From Catajapyx aquilonaris (Eukaryota): 64,000 bases of DNA. Positions 1-11,600 of this stretch are shown here, in pieces. The notes below the pieces were generated by a model. That model had not been told where the DNA came from. It saw only the letters and a program-made list of their open reading frames with translations, and did not search any database. The stretch spans positions 1 through 64,000 of the forward strand of contig KZ539380.1 of assembly GCA_000934665.2 (NCBI GenBank). The letters are read 5' to 3'. Each line of letters starts with the position of its first letter. The first letter of the stretch is position 1. The position numbers were made by a program, and so were the translations under genes.

Positions 1-463
1 TTCCCTGAGAAGTACCCTTCATGTGCATAATTCATGATTTTCGGTTATGCCACTGTATTCCCCATCCCAAGAAACCTCTAGATCCCAAAAATCTCGCCGA
101 TAGCACTAATGATAGCTTCCTCAGCTTCTTCATAAAGTGGTCCATTCTTGACCTTTTGACCCCTGCATCTCGAAAACGCTTGAGATCGAGGATTTCTCCA
201 GAAGGGTGTTGTCCTTCTAGCTGATAAGGAACCCGAAAAAAAATATTTCACCTTGAACTTCGAGTGACACTTCGAGAGGTTCCCTTGTAAGAGATGGCTT
301 TTAAAAGTACCAGATACAAGGTGTCACTAATGTGCATCCAATGAAGGGGGAAATTGGCAGTAAACATATCTGAGCATGATGAAGTGATAACTTATCATCT
401 TGAGTGAAACATTACTATGATTCATGGATTACAGTGTGTGTCCTGAAATATTTACTAACGTAC

Positions 464-3400
464 AGTGATTTTGGATCCTGGGGTCCCATCCTGCAGAGGC
501 TCTGCACCAGGTCCACAAGACACTTCAGTTTGTCAGCAGGGCTGTTACTGCGTGCCAGGCGTAGGAAGTGCTCACCACACATCTCAGGCATTTGGCATGG
601 TGAGTTTGCCATGAAATCTTCTTTGGACACGCGAAGATTGGCTATTCCTTGCGCCAATTCCACTTCTTCCTTCTTGTTGGCTTCTCTGTCATGTGATGCA
701 GTTGAAAGTGAATAAGACTAGTACACCTTCTCTAAATAAGGTTAGTTGTTTATATAGGCACCTGAACACAGGCAACAGATGGCTCCATAGTGGGCCAAAG
801 TACACCTCCTGCAGTGCTTTCCTGCTGCTACTCTGACCTCTGTGTGAGTCAAGTTGCTGATACGTGGCCACTAGGATGTCCCATAGCAACTTCAGATCTT
901 CCCTTATTCCTAAAATACCACCAGTGTTAGACACAATTGACTCACGTGAAATTGATCTGACCAACCTGCTAAAATATTCCTTAACATCACGATTGCCTTT
1001 GGGTTATCTGGAGTGTCTAGAGTCTCAAGAGAATTGCACTTCCGAACCAGCTGGTCTAGCATCTGACCGAGAAGATTTGCTAGGGGATGATCTTCATGCC
1101 TAAGCACTTGGTGCACCAACTTCTCTGATAAGGCTCCCAGGTCTTCCTGGTGGTTCTCAAGGGAGGCATGAAACTGCTGACACCAGTCAGATGTCTCCTC
1201 ATACTGAAGTACCACAGAGTAAAGCTTCTGCCTGTGTGGAGACTCACTTCCTTTAAACTTTCTGTAAAAAAAATTAACCGTGCAGTATGGGAAGAATATA
1301 CACTACATTAACATTATGATAGAGTCTGCAATTTAGCTGCATCACATTTTTCAGGATTTCAGGCAATAAAACAATGTTACCATTGCCATACACATCATTA
1401 AATCTTAATTTACAGAGATTATTTGTGCAAAAGGTTATTCAAGTTGGCAATTAAAATAGTGTAACCTAGAATTACAAAATCATTTACTTAGCTGACCCAA
1501 AATAAATTATTCTGTCCTTGCTTATTAGCAAATTTTTTGCATAAGTGGCCACAACAGGTGATGGGAATGTGGAGGAATTCAATCAGATTTATTATGACTG
1601 CATTCCCATTGGTTGCAACCATATCTGGCAGCAACAAAAGCACTCCCAGTAAGCACAGCTGTGGAATGCCACCAATGCACAGTCAGGCAGAGTCTTCATT
1701 GTTGAAGTGAGGCTACTCAGGATGTTACACACAGCCACTTTCTCTCACCGGTTTCATACTTGGAATATTTATATCCTCAGTTTGGAGTTACAAAAAAAAA
1801 TATATATATATATATATAAAAAAAAAAGAACATTTATTTTTACATGCATATTTTCTGAAACTCATGTGCTGTTTAAAAAGTACACAAAAATTAAGTTTTA
1901 ATTTTTGGGCCAGTGGTCCTTCACAAATAATACCAAAATTTATATGCTTCTGAGGGGTCAATACTGTCAGTGATGTATGACTGAAGTTGCTAGAACAATG
2001 TCAATTCATTTCCATCTGAATTACTGTGACATGACACAGTCCTATTACACAGGTGCAATACATCCTCACCACACTAGACTTAAAATCACTCTGTAAGTAC
2101 TAATAACGGGTCTTACTTGGCAGCCATTTCCTCACAGACTCGTTTCCTCTCTTGTGACCTCTGAATAAAAGCTTCATGTTTCTCCTTGGCAATAGCGAAA
2201 TTCTCGGCTAACTGCCTCTGGAGTTGAAGACTCAAGTTTTGCTGCTGGGAAGGTGGACAGAGGCGATATCTGCTCTGGTACAGGTTCAGCAAGCGGCGAT
2301 TCTCTTCACGGGCCATTTCAAGAGGACTCGGTGGTGTTGAGAGCAATGTGGATACTGAAATTCATTATGCTCTCATTAGGCAAGGGACGACAACACTCTC
2401 TGGGACGTACCATGCCTTGCAAGGGAGATCAATGCAAGTTAAACATGACACTTGCCTAAGCCAGAAATTGATTGCTTGAAGTCACTGTCAGGACAAACAC
2501 AAGTGAATCAATTTTACCATAGTTCATATATTCCTGTGTCCATGAAGCATATAAAATATGCTTCAGAGGTCATGAGTGGCACAACTTACATAAGAAAAAT
2601 CAAGTCTACCTATAGGCTGTTTTCCTTGCACTATGTAAGGAGTATTATGGGGTTAATGGACACTAGGTCTATGCTCTGCTAATTATAGCTCATCAGTGGT
2701 TCTCACACTTGGGAAAAAACTCAGGCAAGCTATTTATGATTCAGGCATATAACAGTTTAGTAAGAGAGAGAGGATATTCTGCTTTCCTTCCCCTAACACT
2801 TTAACACTCCTTAAGAAGATTACTATGAATCACTAGGTCTTTAGCCTTAACTGTTTCAAGGGTGGATATGTTGTGAGTTTATTCCTCATCTGCCATCCTA
2901 TGGCATCCTTAGAGCATAAATAGTGATATGAAAAAAGTATCACTTATTGTTTGCTATGGGAAAGAACACAAATTCTGCTGGTCCTCTCATAATTCAATCC
3001 AGTATGCTTCCAGACAGAAGTGTTATTAGCTTCCTTTTATGGTGTACACGGACTACCCTTAGTGAATAACCCCTAGTTCCAGAGATCAAGGGCCAGTAAT
3101 TTAATGAATAGCATACGAAGCAATCTGTTAAACTTTCAACAAGAATGCAACCTTGGGTGAGGCTACTGCATGAATAATAGTTACAGCCCATCTGTTAACT
3201 CCATATTCACATAAGTTTTCTTGGGAGTTCTCTCTCCTGCTACTTAGGCCTGCTGCATGAAGGCAAACTGGGGGAAATCTCCAATAACTTATAGGTAGCA
3301 GTATTCACAATGCATAATCGAACATAATCAGAGAGTCTTCTAGGTGTGTTTATACAAATGGCCCTTCAACAACAATAATAATAATCGATTAAAGAACTCC

Positions 3401-4998
3401 CAAAGGACATATTTAAGACTTGCTTAGTTCTTTGCAAGGGACTGTGCAAAATGTAAGGAAAAGAAAACTGTGTCACTTTCCCATTTCCTATTGTCACAGC
3501 AGTTTATTGCAGCACAGTAAGATCCACTGAATACTCTCACATTTCCACACTCATATTAGCTCTCTCGTTAACCTAATTTTACAGTTCTATTTTATTAGCG
3601 CAAATTTCAGCAGCTGACAAAGTGCCTCCTCTAGCACTGGCAAAACATATAGTGACACAGGATCTAGGCACTCTCACCACTTGGAGGGCTAGTTGTCACT
3701 CATCACAGATCAGTTCAGAAGCCACCCTACCCTCATGCTTTATTCTAGCCTGCTTATACAGTATAAATGAAAGGGTCATCCAAATGAAATTGGATCAGCC
3801 AACCTTACTGCATTTACTGTTATTAGAGCATGCTACATATACAACCCATTCACTGTATCAATTAGGAAAGAGTACCAGTGGTTCACTGACCCTTCTAATC
3901 ACTTGCCTGGCTCTAAGATCAGAAATATTAACCAAGCAAAACTTGGGTTCATGGAGTGAATTGTGTAATAACAAATATGCATGCCAGGCAAGTTTTTAAA
4001 AATACCACGAAGGACACTATTTCTGCAAATTTCATTTACACAATATGTTTTCTGGCACAAACATTGAAAAACTGAGTCCTTGATAATAACTCCAGGCCAA
4101 GAGTCCAAGGGTTGCACCTTGGGATCAGGGTCATCAGAGAAAATGAAACCGTCATGGTCACAGAGAACGAAACATACCTCTAAGAATTGCCTCTTCAATG
4201 ACTGGACTTTTGGGCTCCTCTGTATTCTCCAGGTGGGGAACAATGACTTCTGCCTTGGAAACATCACCGTTGATATTATCATCCCCCAAAGTAGCCAACT
4301 CTGCAACAGTATGAGCAACATCTTTAAACTGCATGCAACCAGGATAGCATGACCCACACAATCCCATAGTCATCTCTGTGCCTCTCCCAGCCCCTCTGCC
4401 ACTCACCGTCTTTGTCAACCAAGCACACGATACGGTCGATGCTCTCCCTGGCACAGGTCACTAACTTCCGCCTCTCTGGGGGCAAAAGTGGTGCACTGCC
4501 CCTGACATCGTCCAGCAGGGCACTCATCAGAAAAAGGATCCCCTGGGAGTACTCCATATATGCAGACTGGCAGTGCAGAATGAAAAAAGGCAACTGAATT
4601 GATCTCCAATGAAATTCTCTGAACATTGATCCCTACGAGACTGATAAGCATTGATAGCATGCTAAAGAGCACCGAGTGCCTGACCTTTACACCTGTTACG
4701 CAATCTGCTCTGTCTTGAAACAAATCATTACGGCATGCATTTTAATAGACAGCAGGTTTTCATGCCCTCTGCGTTATTCCAGTGTCTGCACCTAATCTTT
4801 TCTCTTGAGGCCAACTCGGTGCGACCACATACTCAGCATACTGTGATACTGTTATCTCAAGCCAGTCCCCCACTCCGAACGATTTGCACCAGCAGTCGAC
4901 CTCGTGTACATGCATACCTTTCCCTGGCTGCTTTCCTCCAGGTCGATGGCCCGCTTGATGCACCTGAGTCCCCGTTGCTTCGCTGCCTCCTGGCTCAT
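464..4998 (-). CDS. VPS9D1: VPS9 domain-containing protein 1-like (MIT-like N-terminus + VPS9 domain), 3'-partial
   Basis: GCCACCATG at 4998. Exons 4918-4998, 4407-4566, 4178-4321, 2117-2354, 966-1261, 762-909, 464-685, all GT-AG and in phase. Translation MSQEAAKQRGLRCIKRAIDLEESSQGKSAYMEYSQGILFL...LQRQLAENFAIAKEKHE...NSPADKLKCLVDLVQSLC resembles VPS9D1. The GADDLLP exon is not in the window, so the gene continues left of base 1. Confidence 0.8.
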
Positions 4999-5638
4999 GG
5001 TGGCCTGGGCTCGCGGAGGATGGTCCCCCTCACATGTCAGGGGTCAGCCCAGACTTTAATACGCCCACATAAACACACCACAGGAAGGAGAAGCTCGGAT
5101 CCTCTTTCCCCCCCTTCAGATAATTCAACTTCGCATTTCTGCCACTTGGACGCGTAAACACGCCATCTGGCGAGAAACAAGTGCACGGTTCGTGCATGTG
5201 TGCAGATGTGTATAATGTACAGTACATAGAGCTATTTCACGATTAAATTGAATGCTTAAAATAATACCACTCGGCTAAATTATATTCATTCCAGATATTA
5301 TCGCCTAATTATTGTGTACATCCGGTTGACTAATATTAGCTGTTAGGTAGTAGTTATTTATAGCGTAACAAGAATCATTAGCTACATCATCTCCTGGCCA
5401 TTGCATGCCCTGCAGAGTGCAAGGTGCGCCTTTCAGTGGAAATAAATAAACCGTCACCAGAACAATTCAGCACATTAGCACAGTGTATCCTGCAGAAATG
5501 ATCCAGAATTATCGCACACCCGCCTCATAATATATTAATCCACAAAAGTCTATCCCAGAACAACAGCTACGCGATGTAGCTAGGCAAGGTGATTTGGGTC
5601 GGTGCGTCTTCCGGTTGTTCCGGAGAAGTGTGGCCACG
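4999..5638. promoter_or_regulatory. Bidirectional promoter region VPS9D1 / RPL7
   Basis: Divergent start codons only 640 nt apart. ETS-like CTTCCGG/TTCCGG motifs and a short pyrimidine run at about 5607-5623 just upstream of the RPL7 ATG. Confidence 0.6.
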
Positions 5639-8600
5639 ATGGCGGACGTAGAGTGAGTATCTCGTGCCCCTTCCCCGTCGGAATCCCCCTGAATCCCATG
5701 CCCCTCTGGTCCATCCGCCCAGCCGGACCCACCGCTGGGGGAATAGGGAAGGAGACGCGTCCACAGTGGCAGGCGGATCCGGGGTGGCGCAGTGGGCAGG
5801 ACACACCGGCGAGGAAGGCATACCTTTCCGCCTCCCTACCGGCCAACCCTTCCCTCTCCTCTGCCATGGGCCCTGACATGCCCTTCTCTTGTTGCCCCGC
5901 AGGAAGAAGGCAGCCGCACCCGCAGCGTCATCCCCACCTGCGGATGGAGCGCCCAAGAAGAAGAAGTCGGCCAAGAAGCTTCCAGCCGTACCGGAGTCCG
6001 TACTCAAGAGGAGGAGGAAGATCCGGGAGTTTAAGGCCAAGAGGAAGGCCTCGGTCGCCAAGGTACAGTACATCTCACTCCCAGAGGGAGGTATGGCCGT
6101 TTGGGAAGGGGGACCCAAATCAGTTGCTCATCAGCAATTATCTCGATGCTTACCCGTGTCTGGTGGCCTGGCCCCGGGCCGGCTCTTGTTGAGAATTAAT
6201 TTTTTTTAGTGAGGATATTCCTGACCTTTCCTCACCAGGTGCCAAAAGTTAATAATTGGCCTTGGGGCGGAATGCCCCGGAGTGATTTTGCGAGTGGTGA
6301 CCGCGCTTATCCGACCTCCTCTTGTCCGTGTCTGGTGGTCTGGCCCCGGGGCAGGTCGTGTCAAATTTTTCTTGGGAGTGAGGAGGGTTTGTTTGCAATT
6401 TGTAATTAATTTGACAAATTCAAAGCCGAGTATATTTTTTTGTATTAACACCATTTATTTTTAAATTGTATGGGAATACTTTCTTAGAGTTAATAATAAT
6501 AATATAATTATAATAATGGATACCCCGTGATAGGCCCCTTGGGCCTCTTAGGGGATCATCTTTTAATAGACCGACTTTAATCATCTGCCTGTAATGTGAT
6601 GGATTTTGATAGTGGGAGGAAACGGGAGAACCCCGAGAAAACCCACGCGAACATGGAGAGAACCCATCGATGTTTTCACCCAATGATATCGTAATTTCAT
6701 GCTTCATGTGAGAGTCTTAATGATGAGTCTTATGCTGCAAACTGAATCGTGATGTGTACTTATGTACCTTGGAGAACTGAGAGATTCTCACATGTGTGCT
6801 TTCCACATGGCATTGTTTCAAAGTCTACAGTGATGCCACCAAAACATAATGTGAGAACATGCTTATGATACACATAAGTATCCTCCGTCCGACCCGGGGA
6901 TCGAACTCGGGACCTTAGAGGTGGAAGGCTACTCGGCCACCGTGTCGCCCTTACTTTCTTAGAGTTAAGGAGAACTACTGTTGAAAAAAGGATGCATGGA
7001 TTTCCTGTTGTTATTACTCCATTAATATACTCGTACTGTCGACTATCAGAATTTTTGTTGGATTTATGGAACAAAATGGACATTGTTCAGTTAGTTCCAC
7101 TTGCAGCAAATGTCAGGAAGTGACGACATGTACGGACACCTCATATATTTATTACCAAAATGATACATAGGGAGAACATGAATGAACCCCAAACATATTT
7201 GACAAATGGTTCCACTAGTCTCATAAATTACACCCAGGGTCACATTTTAGACTCCCAGCATAACATAACTGTTGCAAAAATAATTATGCAGGTATACATA
7301 TATCGCAAATATTTAGAACCAAGTGACACAGAAAAAATTTAAATATATGAGCAAGCTATACAAACTTACACATAGTCAAAAGGGTGCATCCTCAACAAGA
7401 TCTGCCCTGGGGCCAGACCACCAGATGCGGACAAGAAGAGGTCGGAGAGTAGTGAGAAAATGGCACTCACAAAATCACTCCATGTAGTCTGCCCTGGGGC
7501 CAATTCAATTCAGGGACCTGGTATGGAAAGTTCAGATCCCTGGTCATTCCTTAAAAAATTCCCAACAAGATCTGCCCCGGGGCCAGACCACCAGGCACGA
7601 ACAAAAAGAGGTCGGATAAGCACAGGCACCACCCACAAAATCACTCCAGGGACAGTCCGTCCCAGTGCCAATTAACTTTTGGTACCTGGTGAGGGTAGGG
7701 CAGGAACCTCTTCGCTCCAAAAAAATCTATCTCAACACAATCTTCCCCGGGGCCAGGCCATCAGACGTGGACAAGTGGACCTCATTTTGATGGCAGCCCA
7801 ACTTTTGCTGCTAGAGGAACTGGAAAGGGGTCAATTCCAATTAAACTAACATCATGGCCTAACTTGGGTTGCATGTGTTTGAGTTGGTGTTAATGATTGC
7901 TGGAGGCACGACATTGTAACTCTTGTTACTGTTAGACAAGGTGCGTAGAGGATTAGGTGAGCTCGCATCGCGCTACGGGTGATTGCCTTCCTGTCTGCCG
8001 CAACAAGCTTCTGGGGATGGCCACTATCGATGGAGCTGCCGTCAGCAGACTTTCCATTGGCACGGCTCTTAACGTAAAACAAGGCCTTTGGATACATATG
8101 TCCTTCCTCCAATCCTACAAAACAACAAACCACGGTGTGCAACAAACAAATAAGGCACATCCAGCCCGACACTGCCGCAAAAGCAGCAGGGAGTAGATAG
8201 TCTGCTGATGGCAGCGCCACTGATAGTGGCCATCTCCAGAAGCTATTTGCGGCAGACAGGAAGGCAATCACCCGATAGCATGGAGATCAGGCCAACCGAG
8301 CTCACCTAATCCTTTATACACCTTGCTGTTAGAATAGAATGTGACAGGAAGGGAATTACATCACCCAGAAGCAAAATATACTGGGGGCTCCTGTGTCACA
8401 GGGTGAGGGAGTAAGGGAATAGAACAAGCATAATAAGATGAAATTCGGAAAGGCTTAAGGGGGCGCATTAGTAAAAAAATATGGTAACAATCGGTAACAA
8501 TGCCAGCCCTTGGCGACGACCTAAACAAACTCGCGTTTGCATGGACAGCATATGGGGATTCGACATGTCCACGCTTCGGCGGCCTTACGGCCACAAAAAT

Positions 8601-11600
8601 GGAGCAAAGGACGCAAAAATTACACCAAAAAATAGGACATGATCTGGCGCAGGGCACCTTCGGCGTCATTTTACCATTTTCGGCCTAGAAGTGACCTTTT
8701 CATCGGGTTGAAGTGAAAGAAAAATGGCGTTCCCGAAAAGCCCATTTGAATAACATGGCGGCAGGAACGCGACAAATTCGGGAACGCTTCGGCGTCCGTA
8801 TGCCCACAATTTTAATGCAATTATATCGAGTATGGTACCATAGTAAAGGCCAAACCTTTCCGCAGGGCACCTTCGGCGTGATTTTTCCGATTAACCGTCC
8901 GTTTCGCCACAAAAAATAAAATTCCCTCAAAAATGCGCCTACCGTATTTTTACTCATGCGCCCCCTTAATGGAGCAGCCTTTAATTTTGTTAAGTTCCAA
9001 TTAAAAATTAATATATTGAATTTATGCCAACCTCTCTCCTGTCATCTTCCAGACCAGGAAAGAGAAGTTAAGGAAAAAGCGAATCCTGATCAAGCGTGCA
9101 GAGAAGTATGTGAAGGAGTACCGCCAAAAGGAGCGTGACCAGATCCGCTTGGCACGCATGGCTCGAAACAAGGGCAACTTCTATGTGCCACCAGAACCCA
9201 AGCTCGCCTTTGTGATGCGTATTCGGGGGTAAGGCTACCGGTAATAGTACTTTGCATCTAAGGTGCCTAATGATTCTTCCAATTTCAGTATCAACCAGGT
9301 TCATCCAAAGGTGCGTAAGGTACTGCAGCTGTTCCGCCTGCGACAGATCAACAATGGAGTGTTTATCAAGCTGAACAAGGCAAGTATGCCATGTTTTCAC
9401 CCAATGATATTGTAATTTCATGCTTCATGTGAGAGTCTTAATGATGAGTCTTATGCTGCAAACTGAATCGTGATGTGTACTTATGTACCTTGGAGAACTG
9501 AGAGATTCTCACATGTGTGCTTTCCACACGGCATTGTTTCAAAGTCTACAGTGATGCCACCAAAACATAATGTGAGAACATGCTTATGACATGCAAAGAT
9601 CCAGTTGGTTGGTATCAACAGTTCAAAAAGAATTGTCCCGTCGCGTCGAGTGGGCAGCCACGCGTCAGGATGAAAGGAACCAGTTAACTGGTCTTTTTGA
9701 ACTGTTGATACCACATTGGTGCATCACCATGAGGTAAGAGTGAAAATTTCATTATACAATGAAGTACAAGCAGTTGTATAGGAGGTCTAAATATTATAGT
9801 TTGTGAATCCGTGAAACAGTCATAAAAATTAGTGGGAAATAGAGGGATTTTTGTTTTGTAACAATGGGAGATGGTCCCTATTTTTGGAGCCTTGTATTGT
9901 TCACTGAAACTGGAAGGATATCACACTGAAACCACTGGTGTGCAATTGACGTCATTTACATGAGTTTTGGTGAACAATATGTGACAAAATAGGATGAGAA
10001 GGAGAATGACATCCTTTCTGGTTCATATCATATATTGGAAAATATCTTTTGCAGATTGACAGTATTTTGGTTTCTGCATCTTGTTTGCATAGTAATAAGA
10101 CAGGCTGCAGTGGTCCTAAATGCTGGCCCTTCATCTTAAGTTGCGTCGAAATAGCCAATCCATACTGGATCACCTGCTTGTATGTTCTCTCCCCTTCCCC
10201 ATTGCATGCGACAAGCTAAAAGATATGTGCACCTGTCTGATGGGGGAAGTCATTCCCTGGCTAACTATACAGTATCTTGAGTCATGTTCATTCTACGTTA
10301 TGTTATTTGGGCAAACGCTGATTGCATTCAATGGATTATAATTATAACGTATATTAACTCTGGATATATGTTACAGGCAACAATCAACATGCTGCGCATT
10401 GCCCAGCCGTATGTGACTTGGGGCTATCCTAACCTGAAGAGTGTGAGGGAGCTTATCTACAAGCGTGGGTTTGTCAAGACTGGCCACCGCAGGATTCCAC
10501 TTTCATCCAATGACCTGATATCCAAGAAGCTTGGTAAGAAACGTTTAATTCAGGGGAGAGGGGGTTTTTTAAGGCCCCAAAATTTTAGGTGTCAATTACA
10601 GGGTGAGTTTAATCCTTCAGGAAGTTGAGCTCTGAAAATCAGTGATTAAACATGATTTCAAATATGCAGAAATTATTTGTGAATTTCATGTGGAAGCAAA
10701 TGCCGTTTGGTTTAATTTGGATTAGGATACCTGTAAAGTTAGGCAAGCTTCCTGAATTTTGTTCCTTGTTTTTATCCAACTACAGTATAAAGTAGTAACT
10801 AAGAATTTTTCAATAAAAATCAGGCTTGACTGATGACTTGTGGAGCTCCGTGATGAAATTTTGATATGCACACTGACATGCCTTGATGGCGCACTGCATC
10901 TCGGAGACCTGAGAGCTTCTTAGTACATCAAGCTTCACTTACCTTGACCATGTTGTTTGTTGGAATGTAACGGTTAAATTTTCTGCAGGCAAGTTCGGCC
11001 TCATTTGTGTGGAGGACTTGGTTCATGAGATCTTCACTGTTGGACCCAACTTTAAGTACGCCAGCAACTACCTCTGGCCATTCAAGGTAATTTTCTCTTT
11101 TAAAAAAAATGATAACCCAACAAGTCCATGGAGCTGGCAGAATGTTACGTGCTGACTAACTCCTCCCACTTGTTGGAGAGTAATGTCATTGCGTGAATTC
11201 CTTCCTGCTCTATGTGTCAGGAAGGCCCAAGCGCATTGGCTACACTTGCATTGATTCAGGGGATGACCTGCAGCATAAAATTATTGCACAAGTATTGACA
11301 ACTAGACATCCTAATGCCAAGCCAAATGTTATGGAAGTGTGGCAGAGATCAGTTTCCAAAAATTAAATTTGTGCAACCGCTGCTGCTCTCTCACAGTAGT
11401 GGTCAATGGAATGTTCAGATTTTTACTACTGCTATTATTGCTTAGAAAGGAATCTCGAGTTTGCAACTTTTTCAGTATTCTTGCCTGCTTTTGTTTCACT
11501 TGTTGACTTGTAACATGTTATTAACCCTGGAACCGTGGCGTGGGCTCTTTTCGGGCCCCAAAGGAATTAAAATGCATTAAAATTACTATTACAATGAACT

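Larger units (their letters stand above)
6150..7775. repeat. Inverted pair of ~170-bp tandem-repeat arrays (foldback-like element) in RPL7 intron 2
   Basis: Unit CCGTGTCTGGTGG(C/T)CTGGCCCCGGG... starts near 6154 and 6326 on +. Reverse-complement copies (CCCCGGGGCCAG(A/G)CCA(C/T)CAG) lie near 7406, 7575 and 7745. Confidence 0.75.

Noticed and set aside
1..45. Minus-strand frame reading IMNYAHEGYFSG, similar to the VPS9D1 C-terminal HEGY motif
   Set aside because: An in-frame stop lies just upstream, no good acceptor is evident, and the preceding GADDLLP exon is missing. Treated as probable coincidence.
3607..3706. Minus-strand GTGATGA...CTGA pair in a VPS9D1 intron
   Set aside because: No terminal stem and no recognisable rRNA-antisense guide.
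5567..6209. Several 100-196 aa overlapping ORFs on both strands
   Set aside because: By-products of GC-rich RPL7 intron 1 and exon 2. Only the RPL7 frame has recognisable homology.
6880..6951. tRNA-like A and B boxes
   Set aside because: No cloverleaf; this is the head of the TSD-flanked SINE, not a tRNA gene.
6150..7775. Regularly spaced repeats considered as CRISPR-like
   Set aside because: Eukaryotic intron, and the whole ~170-bp unit is repeated with no unique spacers.
10040..10280. Hairpins and an ANANNA motif in RPL7 intron 4 (possible H/ACA snoRNA)
   Set aside because: No correctly placed ACA box or two-hairpin architecture could be built.
11120..11420. Short hairpins in RPL7 intron 6
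   Set aside because: No C/D or H/ACA box set could be assigned by eye; an Infernal search would be needed.
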